32,000 nt of DNA. Source: Fastidiosibacter lacustris. Its GTDB lineage: Bacteria > Pseudomonadota > Gammaproteobacteria > Francisellales > Francisellaceae. A program made the translations under genes and the position numbers. Below, piece by piece: positions 7,575-16,553 of the stretch. The stretch covers positions 94,050 through 126,049 of the forward strand of contig NZ_QLIR01000004.1 in the NCBI RefSeq assembly GCF_003428155.1, written 5' to 3'. Under the pieces are notes generated by a model that did no database searches, had not been told where the DNA came from, and was given only the letters and a program-made list of their open reading frames with translations. Within the stretch, counting starts at the first letter, position 1; every line of letters starts with the position of its first letter.

Positions 7575-10500
7575 ATGGAAATGGTTATAAAAAAGTATTT
7601 TGCATATTTATTGGGGTGGGTTTTTCTTTTATCAGGCTGCGGTGGTAGCGGTGGCGGCAGTGAGGATGTATCTGCAATTAAAATAAAGCAAGGTATAGCT
7701 TTGCCAGATGTGATAAAACAAGATAGTGAAGCAATTGGTATTGTTGAGATAGGTTATGAAACAAATCGTGATCAATTTACGATTGCAACCAAGAGTGACA
7801 GTCAGCGTCTTATGATTGATAAGGATAAGATTAAACTGGAAGGCGAAGGAGTCAGAATAGCTTGGGACTTGGTTAATGATTCATCCTGTGTTAACAAGGA
7901 AAGGCAGTATGTTGAGCGCAATGGTAGTTGTAATTTACCTATTCAGATTAACAGTCAAAAGCTCGGTGTTCATTCGATTAACTTACAGGTGACCACGCGT
8001 GATGGCAAGACAGCAGAGCAATCATTTAAGATAGAGGTGGTAGAGCCATTTTCACCTAAGCTTGGTAGCAGTGCTATGATAGTCAATTATCTTGATCCTG
8101 TCCTAAATGGTATATATGGTCATAGTGATAGATCCGTTTTGCTATACAATGCGGGGAATAAATTAAACAATGTGCGCGTTCTGGATAAAAAAACTAAATT
8201 AGTGTTACATAGGGCAGTTGAATTAAAAGCCGGTGAATTAAGTAAATTACGATTTGATGGACAACTGGAGTTACCTTTTGGTCTGTCTCCTTCATTAGAT
8301 ATTATGGCAGCAAACTTGCGTGAGAATTTCAAAGTGAATTATTTGCCGCATGATTGGCTAGCAACGCGTGTTAATCACCTTGCAATTACCAAACCTGGGC
8401 AAAGTAAACTTGCATTTGAGGTTTTGCAACCAGGTTTTGAAGTGGTGGAAATAAGTTTTGACTTTGAAGGTAAGGGTGTAGCGTTAACTGATAAGCCATT
8501 CACCGAAGACGACACATTAGAGTCCAAATTATATAATTTTACTTTCTCAGTAGCAGATGATGCTTATGGAGCGGGGGACTTGACAGTTACATTGCGTCGT
8601 GATGGGCACGATGTGGAATATAAAAGTAAAGTTACTGTTCAACCGATTAGTTTAAAAGTTGAAGCAGCAGATGAAGTATTACGCGAAGCTGGACAACTTT
8701 ATACAATAAAGGTTACCAATCAATCGGCATTTAACTGGTCAATTTCACAGGATAAATTTGAGCTTGGTGGATTAGCACCTCATGCAATGTGGGATAATAC
8801 AGTTCTTGATAATTGTCGTGATCTATCTTACTTGGCAGCAGGTGGAAGTTGTAATTTACAACTAAAATATACTCCTGATGTTAATAACTTGCGTACAGGC
8901 AATTATGCGTTGAAGATAAAAGATGATATAAGACTTCCGAAAACGCAAAGTGTAGATATCAAGGTGATTCAAGGGAATCAGAAGTTGCATGTCTATGCAC
9001 CTGTAAAGCTGTCTGAAAATGATTATAAACTGGAGATTTTTAATAATGACAGTAAGAATGTTGATGTCACATTAATTGGTAATAATCTTGATTTTATCAC
9101 GGCTCAAAATTGTGGTCTTATAAAACAAGATGATAGTATTAAGGTAACAGTGTCTCAAACAAGCTTATGTACAGTTGAGCTTAGAAAGTCAGATGTCAAC
9201 ACTGAAGCAACATTAGAGTATGACAGTGAAAATGGTAGAGGTAAGTACTATTTCTTACAATCAGAGCAGTTATTGTATATCGATGGTAAGGCAGTTGTTG
9301 TTTATGATGTCAATAAATATGGAGAATTTATAAGGATTGATGAAAATCAATATCCTGTGAAAATTCAGAAAGTACAAGATATTGTGGCAAAAGAAGATGA
9401 GCTATATATTGCAACAGATGTTCCGGGTGTGTTGTATCGCTATAAGGATAATACGATAACTGAGTTTATCCATATTCCAGACAATAGTTTTATTCAGCAT
9501 ATTGAAAAGGGTGCAGCAGATGATGTTTTAGTGGCAGTATCTTTTAACCCGTTTGAGGAGCAAAACAATTTCTGGCAGATTAATTTGCAGACTCGAAACG
9601 TTGAGCTAATTGCCAGCTTTTCAGGATATATCAATCGTATTAAAGGAATTGAAGCAAATGAGTTTCATATTGTTGGTACGGATCTTATCTATAACAATCA
9701 GACATCAAATATACTGGTTTTAAAGGTTGATAAAGACAGTAGTAAAAGTGGTGTAATGATTCCTCCGCTTCCGGTTATTATGCAGAGCGGACCGATATTT
9801 GATGTTGCTCACACGAAGGATACTTATTATGCAGCCAGTATTTTTGGTGAGCATTCTGGATTGATCGAGCTTCCTTATCCTTTGGATGCCAGTAATACTG
9901 TGAAAGCGCAAACGGTGGTGATGGACGATACATTTTATAAGGAAGGAGGATATGTATCACAAGTAGATGCAAGTATTGAAGGAGATGCTGTTTATGCCTA
10001 TGGCTGGCTGAAAGACAATCAATACGTTTTGATGCAAAAGAAACAAGGTCAAGTTAAGCCTATCCCATTGAGTAGCTATATAAGATACATTGTGCCTATG
10101 TCAGATGGGCTATATTACAGTGCAACTGAAAGTAGTGGGAATAATCATTTTATTTCTCGCTGGAAGAATAAGGAAGAAGAACAAAAAATTATGAGTCAAA
10201 ACTTTACTATTTCAACAACAGAAAATGTGTTGAAATTGAAAAGACACCATCAGGAAGTTGTTTCTTCGAATGCATTTTCGGTATTATTGCCTGCGTCGTT
10301 GGAGATAACAGAGCGTAAAGAGCATCTATTACAAGCAAAAGAATTTGTATCTAGAAATATGGATAGTCATGCAATAGATTATGTTTGGTCAGGAGAGGTG
10401 GGGGTGTTTAACCCAGATGCAACAAATCAAGCAAGCATTAACTTGACTGCACCAGCTTTTAACCCAAGAGAGAACAATCAATATAATGTTAAGCTTTTAG

Positions 10501-13500
10501 CAACTTTGGATAATGAACAGCAAGCGCTAGAGACAATAGTAGAAGTACTTGTGGATCCAAATCTTAAAGGCAGTGTAGCGATTAGTGGAGATACTGAGGT
10601 TACAGAGAATAACGAAGTGACATTGAGCGCAAGCTATAGTGCCCCGAGTGATTCACCTGTACGTTTACCGAAAGCGGATGGATATAGCTGGACTGTACCA
10701 GCGGGTTGGAGCGTGGTAGGCGCAAGCAATCAAGCGACGCTTACAGTAAAAGCGCCGAACTGGAGTGCGACTCTTACAGCGGGATCGTTTAGTGTGACTG
10801 CGACGGATGATGCGAATATTACAACGGATAGCTCAGTAGCGCATGGTGTAACGGTTAAGCATGATACGAACTTAAAAGGCAGTGTAGCGATTAGTGGAGA
10901 TACTGAGGTTACAGAGAATAACGAAGTGACATTGAGCGCAAGCTATAGTGCCCCGAGTGATTCACCTGCACGTTTACCGAAAGCGGATGGATATAGCTGG
11001 ACTGTACCAGCGGGTTGGAGCGTGGTAGGCGCAAGCAATCAAGCGACGCTTACAGTAAAAGCGCCGAACTGGAGTGCGACTCTTACAGCGGGATCGTTTA
11101 GTGTGACTGCGACGGATGATGCGAATATTACAACGGATAGCTCAGTAGCGCATGGTGTAACGGTTAAGCATGATACGAACTTAAAAGGCAGTGTAGCGAT
11201 TAGTGGCGCGGCTGAGGTGATTGAAAATAACACGGTGACATTAACCGCGAATGTAACAAATCTTCCTGCTGGTAGAGAGATTCAAGTGGATGGATATGAC
11301 TGGAACTTACCAAGTACCTGGAGTGTTGTGGGAGATAAGAATAAAAAGGACATTACTATAAAAGCTCCACGCATGACTTTAGATCAAAATATAAGCAATA
11401 TAAATGTTGTAGTAGACGCAACGGATAATGCAGGTGTAAGAACATCTTTGGCTGTGAAGCGAATGACTATCAAGCCAGATCACAACCTTTTGACGGTAGA
11501 TGCAGGTTTTGGTGATAATGCAATAGAAGGAAGTACGAAGAATTTGGCTGCAACGGTGAGTGGAAGCGGTACTGCGCCGTATAGCTATCTTTGGACAAAC
11601 AATCAAGGTATTACTATTACAAATGCAAATCGAGCGTTCTTTGCGATGTTTACAGTGCCTATCCTTACAGCTCCCAATGAAGACTACACCTTTACGGTGA
11701 CGGTAACAGATGCGGTAGGTAGACAAAAGAGTGCAAATGTAACTTACATAGTAACGCCAGATAACAACCGCTTGCAGGTAAGTGCAGGTACTAATGGTTT
11801 TGTACAGGAAGAAATCGAACAAGCGTTGAGTGCAAGCGCAAGTAATGGTACTGCACCGTATCAATACAAGTGGACGACAACAGATGGGGTTAGCATTACA
11901 AATCAGAACGCCCAAAATGCGACATTTAAGGCACCTACATATAATGCAACTGGTAATAATCGCTACACATTTAATGTGGAAGTGACTGATGGAGTTGGTA
12001 GGAAAAGAACCGCTGTGGTGACTTATGATGTTGAGAAAGTCACAATTAATATCACCAAGGTAGTAGCGCTTCCAAGCGTTATGATGAAGGGTGTTAGCTA
12101 TCCTTTTACTTATGAATTTAAAAATACCTCAAAGGTTGCTATAAAAGGAGTCCACGTAGAGTATGATGGTAGTTCGGGCGCTGTTACTAATACTGTTTCA
12201 CATGGCTGTAGAGGGGAGATGGCTATAGGTGGATATTGTGAAGTAACTGGTGTATTCACACCACGAAATTTACGTACAGCGATGACACGTTTTAGATTGG
12301 GATACAATCAAGGTATGGGTAGAAAGTTTGTTTCTTCACTTGATCTAAGTGCTGTCTACGGTTTAACCACCCCAGTTGCCCCTGTATCAGGCAGTGTCAC
12401 TTCATCCAGTCAGCAATGGCCGGCTAGACGATTTGAAGAGGCGACTAACAGTATTGGTCAAGCTTGTAATGATGCGGTATATGATAAATTAACAGGATTG
12501 ATGTGGAGAAAAGATGGTCGCAATGGCTCGACATCATGGAATGCAACTTGGCCTACTGGGACAAGTGAAGGATCCACGTGTGGTTATACTGACTGGCGTC
12601 AACCTAATCTAAATGAACTGCGTAGTTTGGTGAATTATGGTCATCCAGGAACCCCCGCATCATGGTTAAATGCCAATGGGTTTAATAATATTCAAAGTGA
12701 GTATTGGACAACTACGGAATATGGTCCTGACAATACTAAAGTGTGGTGGATAGATATGACTAACGGTCAATTAAGTGTAGCCGCTAAGAGCAATAGATCT
12801 TATGTGATAGCTGTTCGTGAAGAGCGCCCTCCGGTTACAGTTACGACAGTAACGCCAATTCCAGAGCAAACGGTTGTGGGTGAGAGCTATCCTTTTAGGT
12901 ATGTTGTTACTAACTCTGGTGTATCTTTTGCAGTTGGTGCACCTGTATCAGCTTTAAGTATAACAGGGCAGCATACTGATAATGGGACTGTACAATTAAA
13001 TTCTGGCAATCGAACATGTGAAGATAATATGGTATTAAACTTCAATCAATCTTGTGAGGTAAGTGGTGTATTTACGCCATCCACCCCGGGTGTGCAGAAT
13101 GTCGGCTTTTTAGTAAAATATAATTTAGGTCTAGGTGGTAGGTATAAAAAGACGACTAGTACAGTCACCACGGCTAAATCTAAAACCTCCCCAATTGCGC
13201 CTCAACCAGATGCAGCTACTTTCCCGAATCATCAATGGCCTGAGGGAAGGATTAAATACTTGGGTTTCTGTACTATGATGGGCTCTGGAGGAATCCCTGT
13301 ATATAGATGGTATGATAACTTAACAGGTTTAACGTGGCACGTGAGTTTTAGGTCGATTATGTGGCAGGAGAGCAATAATATTAGTAGTATTAGTACTGAG
13401 AATAATTGTGGTGCGATGACAGGTTTGCGGTTACCTACCGTAAATGAGCTACAAAGTTTAGGGAACTTTGGTTATGCGGGAACTCCTTTTGTATGGTTAA

Positions 13501-13655
13501 CTGATGTCGGGGGCAGTGGTTTGGTTGGGACTTATTGGACAAGTAGCCCTGTTGCGCTCTCAAATACTCATGTGTGGGCAGTTGATATGACGAATGGTAA
13601 AGTAGTTGAGAAGCTAAAAACTGATTCTGCTTACGTGATACTTGTTAAGGCTTAA
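7575..13655 (+). CDS. Giant (2026 aa) surface lipoprotein/adhesin: lipobox, Ig-like (ASH/choice-of-anchor-D-like) modules, probable beta-propeller-like middle, PKD/Ig-like repeats, then two [Ig-like + DUF1566/Lcl-C] cassettes
   Basis: Signal peptide with lipobox LLSGC (7629-7640; Cys22) followed by a GGSGGGS linker. Recurrent C...GSCNL / SCEV(S/T)GVFTP strand motifs. Y-x-W ... F-x-A-P PKD-like repeats (SYLWTNNQG, YQYKWTTTDG). Two C-terminal modules carry CGYTDWRQPNLNELRSLVNYG and LRLPTVNELQSLGNFG. The 6-kb frame is uninterrupted. Confidence 0.92.
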   Translation: MEMVIKKYFAYLLGWVFLLSGCGGSGGGSEDVSAIKIKQGIALPDVIKQDSEAIGIVEIGYETNRDQFTIATKSDSQRLMIDKDKIKLEGEGVRIAWDLVNDSSCVNKERQYVERNGSCNLPIQINSQKLGVHSINLQVTTRDGKTAEQSFKIEVVEPFSPKLGSSAMIVNYLDPVLNGIYGHSDRSVLLYNAGNKLNNVRVLDKKTKLVLHRAVELKAGELSKLRFDGQLELPFGLSPSLDIMAANLRENFKVNYLPHDWLATRVNHLAITKPGQSKLAFEVLQPGFEVVEISFDFEGKGVALTDKPFTEDDTLESKLYNFTFSVADDAYGAGDLTVTLRRDGHDVEYKSKVTVQPISLKVEAADEVLREAGQLYTIKVTNQSAFNWSISQDKFELGGLAPHAMWDNTVLDNCRDLSYLAAGGSCNLQLKYTPDVNNLRTGNYALKIKDDIRLPKTQSVDIKVIQGNQKLHVYAPVKLSENDYKLEIFNNDSKNVDVTLIGNNLDFITAQNCGLIKQDDSIKVTVSQTSLCTVELRKSDVNTEATLEYDSENGRGKYYFLQSEQLLYIDGKAVVVYDVNKYGEFIRIDENQYPVKIQKVQDIVAKEDELYIATDVPGVLYRYKDNTITEFIHIPDNSFIQHIEKGAADDVLVAVSFNPFEEQNNFWQINLQTRNVELIASFSGYINRIKGIEANEFHIVGTDLIYNNQTSNILVLKVDKDSSKSGVMIPPLPVIMQSGPIFDVAHTKDTYYAASIFGEHSGLIELPYPLDASNTVKAQTVVMDDTFYKEGGYVSQVDASIEGDAVYAYGWLKDNQYVLMQKKQGQVKPIPLSSYIRYIVPMSDGLYYSATESSGNNHFISRWKNKEEEQKIMSQNFTISTTENVLKLKRHHQEVVSSNAFSVLLPASLEITERKEHLLQAKEFVSRNMDSHAIDYVWSGEVGVFNPDATNQASINLTAPAFNPRENNQYNVKLLATLDNEQQALETIVEVLVDPNLKGSVAISGDTEVTENNEVTLSASYSAPSDSPVRLPKADGYSWTVPAGWSVVGASNQATLTVKAPNWSATLTAGSFSVTATDDANITTDSSVAHGVTVKHDTNLKGSVAISGDTEVTENNEVTLSASYSAPSDSPARLPKADGYSWTVPAGWSVVGASNQATLTVKAPNWSATLTAGSFSVTATDDANITTDSSVAHGVTVKHDTNLKGSVAISGAAEVIENNTVTLTANVTNLPAGREIQVDGYDWNLPSTWSVVGDKNKKDITIKAPRMTLDQNISNINVVVDATDNAGVRTSLAVKRMTIKPDHNLLTVDAGFGDNAIEGSTKNLAATVSGSGTAPYSYLWTNNQGITITNANRAFFAMFTVPILTAPNEDYTFTVTVTDAVGRQKSANVTYIVTPDNNRLQVSAGTNGFVQEEIEQALSASASNGTAPYQYKWTTTDGVSITNQNAQNATFKAPTYNATGNNRYTFNVEVTDGVGRKRTAVVTYDVEKVTINITKVVALPSVMMKGVSYPFTYEFKNTSKVAIKGVHVEYDGSSGAVTNTVSHGCRGEMAIGGYCEVTGVFTPRNLRTAMTRFRLGYNQGMGRKFVSSLDLSAVYGLTTPVAPVSGSVTSSSQQWPARRFEEATNSIGQACNDAVYDKLTGLMWRKDGRNGSTSWNATWPTGTSEGSTCGYTDWRQPNLNELRSLVNYGHPGTPASWLNANGFNNIQSEYWTTTEYGPDNTKVWWIDMTNGQLSVAAKSNRSYVIAVREERPPVTVTTVTPIPEQTVVGESYPFRYVVTNSGVSFAVGAPVSALSITGQHTDNGTVQLNSGNRTCEDNMVLNFNQSCEVSGVFTPSTPGVQNVGFLVKYNLGLGGRYKKTTSTVTTAKSKTSPIAPQPDAATFPNHQWPEGRIKYLGFCTMMGSGGIPVYRWYDNLTGLTWHVSFRSIMWQESNNISSISTENNCGAMTGLRLPTVNELQSLGNFGYAGTPFVWLTDVGGSGLVGTYWTSSPVALSNTHVWAVDMTNGKVVEKLKTDSAYVILVKA
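10566..11206 (+). repeat. Near-perfect in-frame tandem duplication: 309-bp (103-codon) unit x2 (10566-10874, 10875-11183), plus the first 23 nt of a third, diverged unit
   Basis: Line-by-line comparison found one difference between the full units (T10660 vs C10969, Val to Ala). The third unit (11184 to about 11490) is recognisably homologous at protein level only. Confidence 0.95.
12411..12822 (+). other. DUF1566/Lcl C-terminal-like module, copy 1 (inside the giant lipoprotein)
   Basis: QQWPARRFEE ... LTGLMWRKDG ... CGYTDWRQPNLNELRSLVNYG ... YWTTTEYGPD ... VWWIDMTNG ... SYVIAVRE. Confidence 0.8.
13227..13652 (+). other. DUF1566/Lcl C-terminal-like module, copy 2 (C-terminus of the giant lipoprotein, more diverged)
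   Basis: HQWPEGR ... LTGLTWHVS ... CGAMTGLRLPTVNELQSLGNFG ... YWTSSP ... VWAVDMTNG ... AYVILVKA. Confidence 0.7.
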
Positions 13656-13684
13656 TAAAAATTAATAAATGCTAGGAATATAAT

Positions 13685-14251
13685 ATGAAAAACATTCAGC
13701 ATAGAATAATAAAAAAAATTGGCTTGCTTTCAACCCTGCTTATTTTCTTGGGAGTGGCAAGTCAAAGCTTCGCTTATGATGTTGTGATCCAAGCGGATGA
13801 TGCAGCATTTCGCGGTGATGGACAATGGCCAACCCCTAGGTTTGTAGAGGCAATTGGAGCAGATGGTGTGCCTTGCTCTAGTTTACTACGTGATAAATTA
13901 ACGGGTTTGACATGGCGAAAGAATGCTTATGAGGGTCGCACAAATTGGCAGGGTGCAATGAATTTTGCAGCGAACTTTGCAAAGGATCATCCTATTTCTG
14001 CGTGTGGTTATACGGACTGGCGCGTGCCTAATATTAATGAGCTTCGAAGCCTAGTGAATTATGGCGCTCAAGAGCCAAACATATGGTTAAATGCCAATGG
14101 GTTTAATAACTTTCAAGATACTGCTGGTTATTGGACAAGTACGGAATATGGACCTGACAAAGATCAAGCCTGGCTCGTGGATATGGGAGAGGGTGGCACT
14201 TTTTTCGCTCCTAAGCGCAATGGACGAGCTTATGTAGTGATTATTCGTTGA
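13685..14251 (+). CDS. Secreted single-domain DUF1566/Lcl-C-like protein (188 aa)
   Basis: Sec-type signal peptide (MKNIQHRIIKKIGLLSTLLIFLGVASQSFA) with no lipobox Cys. Then GQWPTPRF, LTGLTWRKN, CGYTDWRVPNINELRSLVNYG, YWTSTEYGPD, AWLVDMGEGG, AYVVIIR. AGGAAT lies upstream of the ATG. Confidence 0.88.
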   Translation: MKNIQHRIIKKIGLLSTLLIFLGVASQSFAYDVVIQADDAAFRGDGQWPTPRFVEAIGADGVPCSSLLRDKLTGLTWRKNAYEGRTNWQGAMNFAANFAKDHPISACGYTDWRVPNINELRSLVNYGAQEPNIWLNANGFNNFQDTAGYWTSTEYGPDKDQAWLVDMGEGGTFFAPKRNGRAYVVIIR

Positions 14252-14361
14252 TTAACAACGGTCATTGAGTCATTTGATGATTTATTTTAATTGCTTTGTA
14301 AGTAAAAATTGAAACAGAATAAATAGGTACAAAAATCGATAGAGTTTTTAAGGAATATGCG

Positions 14362-14967
14362 ATGAAAAGCATTCAGCACAAAATAATAAAAAAAATCGGG
14401 ATTGTTATGACCTTGTCCATGACCTTAGGCATTGGTGAGTATAGCTTTGCGGCGGCTATCGTTCAAGATGTCAAGCCAGGTGGTATGGGTTTTGGAGGAT
14501 GGCCAAATCCCAGATTTGAAGATGCAGTTAAGGCAGATAGTACACGTTGTGCTGACGCAAAAATAGATAACTTAACGGGGTTGATGTGGCAACATAATGC
14601 TAGAAATGGTGGACATACTTGGCATCATTTAACGAACGCTGCTACAGGTGCCAAAACATGTGGTTATACTGATTGGCGTTTACCTGACTTAGGTGAAATG
14701 TTAAGTTTAGTGAATTATGGAAGCGCTGGTACACCAAGAGATTGGTTATTGGGTCAAGGATTTTTTTATGACATTCCAGGGGATGCTTATTATTGGACAA
14801 GTACAGCAAATTCGCAAAACAGTAATCAGGCGTGGCTTGTTGATATCATGAATGGCAGTACACGAGTACACAATAAGGGTAGTTATGAAGTCGCTACTTC
14901 TCCAACAACAAGGTACACCTTTGCCTGGTATGTTCGTGGACCCAAGAATCCGCATTTGATTTTGTAA
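14362..14967 (+). CDS. Secreted single-domain DUF1566/Lcl-C-like protein (201 aa), paralogue of 13685-14251
   Basis: Signal peptide MKSIQHKIIKKIGIVMTLSMTLGIGEYSFA, with an N-region near-identical to the upstream paralogue. Then GGWPNPRF, LTGLMWQHN, CGYTDWRLPDLGEMLSLVNYG, YWTSTANS, AWLVDIMNG. Confidence 0.88.
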   Translation: MKSIQHKIIKKIGIVMTLSMTLGIGEYSFAAAIVQDVKPGGMGFGGWPNPRFEDAVKADSTRCADAKIDNLTGLMWQHNARNGGHTWHHLTNAATGAKTCGYTDWRLPDLGEMLSLVNYGSAGTPRDWLLGQGFFYDIPGDAYYWTSTANSQNSNQAWLVDIMNGSTRVHNKGSYEVATSPTTRYTFAWYVRGPKNPHLIL

Positions 14968-15165
14968 TTATGTTTATGACGTTTTTTGTATTTAAAGAAG
15001 GGGAATATGATCGATAAATGCACACTAGTGATTTGTTTTGCATACTTTTTACACAACTATAAACATTTAACAGCATTATTTAGCATAAGCCACCTGATTT
15101 ACCTAAAATGAACCGCGTATTTACCGATATTGGTCATTATAGGAACTTTATAAAGGACAGCTGAC

Positions 15166-16266
15166 ATGACAGATAAAATACCAACAGAAATAAATGCTTC
15201 AAAATCTGATATGCTTTCATCAGAAGGCACAATTGATTTATTTCATGACGTTACCAAACTTATTGAAGAAGCTCGTAATCATGTTGCCAGAGAGTATAAT
15301 TCAGCTCAAGTGCTACTTTGCTGGCTGATTGGCGAGCGCATCAATGATCGTTTACTACAGTCCGATCGAGCTGACTATGGTGAAATGGTAGTAAGTTCTT
15401 TAGCCGACCAACTTAAAGTGAAGTATGGTAAAGGTTATAGTCGAGCAAACTTATTTCGTATGATCAAATTTGCTAAGTTATATCCTGATCGCAAGATTGT
15501 CTCAACGCTGTCGCGACAATTATCCTGGTCTCACTTTGTGCTTATTTGCGGTATTGATGATTACTTAAAACGAGACTTTTTTGCTGAAATGTGCCGTGTA
15601 CAGAAATGGAGCGTTCGAGCATTGCAAAAGCAGATTAATGGAATGCTTTATGAGCGTGTTGGTTTAAGCAAGCAACCAGAGGGGGTAATTAAAGCTCAAA
15701 TTAGCCAACTTAAAAATAACGATGAAATGACGCCAGAGATGACATTTAAAGAACCTTACTTTTTGGATTTCATTGGTGCTCATTCTTATGCTTCAGAGCA
15801 AGAACTCGAAGATTTGATTTTGCAAAATATCACTGAATTCCTGCAAGAGATTGGAACTGATTTTTGCTTTGTTTCTAGACAAAAACGTATGAGTACTGGC
15901 AAAAAGGATCGGTATCTGGATTTATTATTTTTTAATCGTCGACTGCGCCGCCTTATTGCCATCGATCTTAAACTCGGTGATTTTGATCCAGCTTATAAAG
16001 GGCAGATGGAATGGTATTTGAACTGGCTGGATAAAAATGAACGTCTTGACTACGAAGAAAAGCCTATGGGCATTATTTTATGTGCAGGCAAAGATCATGA
16101 TGATATTGAATATCTTGAAATGGATAAAACCGGCATTCATGTTGCTCAATACCTAACAGAATTACCACCTAAAGAAATCTTAGAAGAGAGTCTACGCAAA
16201 GCGATTTCAACCGCAAGAGAAACCCATATTAAGCGTCTATTACTAGAGGATAGGCGTGATGATTAA
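15166..16266 (+). CDS. DUF1016/YhcG-family PD-(D/E)xK nuclease-like protein
   Basis: 366 aa. Helical N-domain (SAQVLLCWLIGERI, LSWSHF). C-terminal restriction-endonuclease-like core: FKEPYFLDFIG, ELEDLILQNITEFLQEIGTDFCFVSRQ, RYLDLLFFNRRLRRLIAIDLKLG, GQMEWYLNWLD, MGIILC. AAGGA lies 8 nt upstream of the ATG. Confidence 0.85.
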   Translation: MTDKIPTEINASKSDMLSSEGTIDLFHDVTKLIEEARNHVAREYNSAQVLLCWLIGERINDRLLQSDRADYGEMVVSSLADQLKVKYGKGYSRANLFRMIKFAKLYPDRKIVSTLSRQLSWSHFVLICGIDDYLKRDFFAEMCRVQKWSVRALQKQINGMLYERVGLSKQPEGVIKAQISQLKNNDEMTPEMTFKEPYFLDFIGAHSYASEQELEDLILQNITEFLQEIGTDFCFVSRQKRMSTGKKDRYLDLLFFNRRLRRLIAIDLKLGDFDPAYKGQMEWYLNWLDKNERLDYEEKPMGIILCAGKDHDDIEYLEMDKTGIHVAQYLTELPPKEILEESLRKAISTARETHIKRLLLEDRRDD

Positions 16267-16553
16267 ATTAAACTCTTACCTTAGTGTGTAATAAGTCTCA
16301 AATTCTTGACTATCCATTTTCTCCTCAATATGAGAATTAATGCTTTGACCAATGTATTTATTGCTCATTTAAAACCTCCATCATACGTTTCTCGCTGATT
16401 CCACGATCATTGTTTTTTGTATTTTGAGTTGGGTAGGGATTATTGCTTCAGCGAGTGTTTAACACATCCTGTATTACTTCCTCTGCACCGAGTCTAACCC
16501 TTTAAGCAGCGATGATTCAGATAGAGAGTTTACTATTGTTAGATTAAGGGGTA

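Noticed and set aside
11379-11915. 178-aa antisense ORF, plus other 60-90-aa ORFs on either strand, inside well-supported genes (e.g. 392-595, 934-1167, 2093-2296, 2831-3040, 3413-3625, 5569-5854, 8120-8332, 9720-9972, 11039-11233, 12110-12307, 14746-15076, 18728-18988, 19740-20133, 21161-21424, 24876-25082, 26927-27217, 27596-27991, 30825-31016, 31145-31414)
   Set aside because: All lie fully within, or overlap, ORFs with strong family signatures. Their translations are low-complexity (Cys/Ile/Leu/Ser-rich) and lack SD sequences. The longest falls in the GC-richer repeat region, where antisense stops are rare by composition.
13711-13718. A8 homopolymer at the same codon positions (I-K-K-I) of both free DUF1566 genes (also 14388-14395), considered as slipped-strand phase-variation switches
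   Set aside because: Equally long A-runs from Lys codons occur in housekeeping genes here (e.g. mazG 25112-25119 and 25258-25265). So A8 is background for this AT-rich genome, and 8 nt is at the low end for efficient slippage. Conservation in both genes is explained by their recent duplication.
16276-16368. 30-codon minus-strand ORF with a GGAGG SD in the DUF1016/mazF gap, considered as an intact antitoxin or small protein
   Set aside because: It is too short for a standard antitoxin fold, the frames upstream of it are interrupted by stops, and no family was recognised. It is reported only as possible debris within the islet finding.
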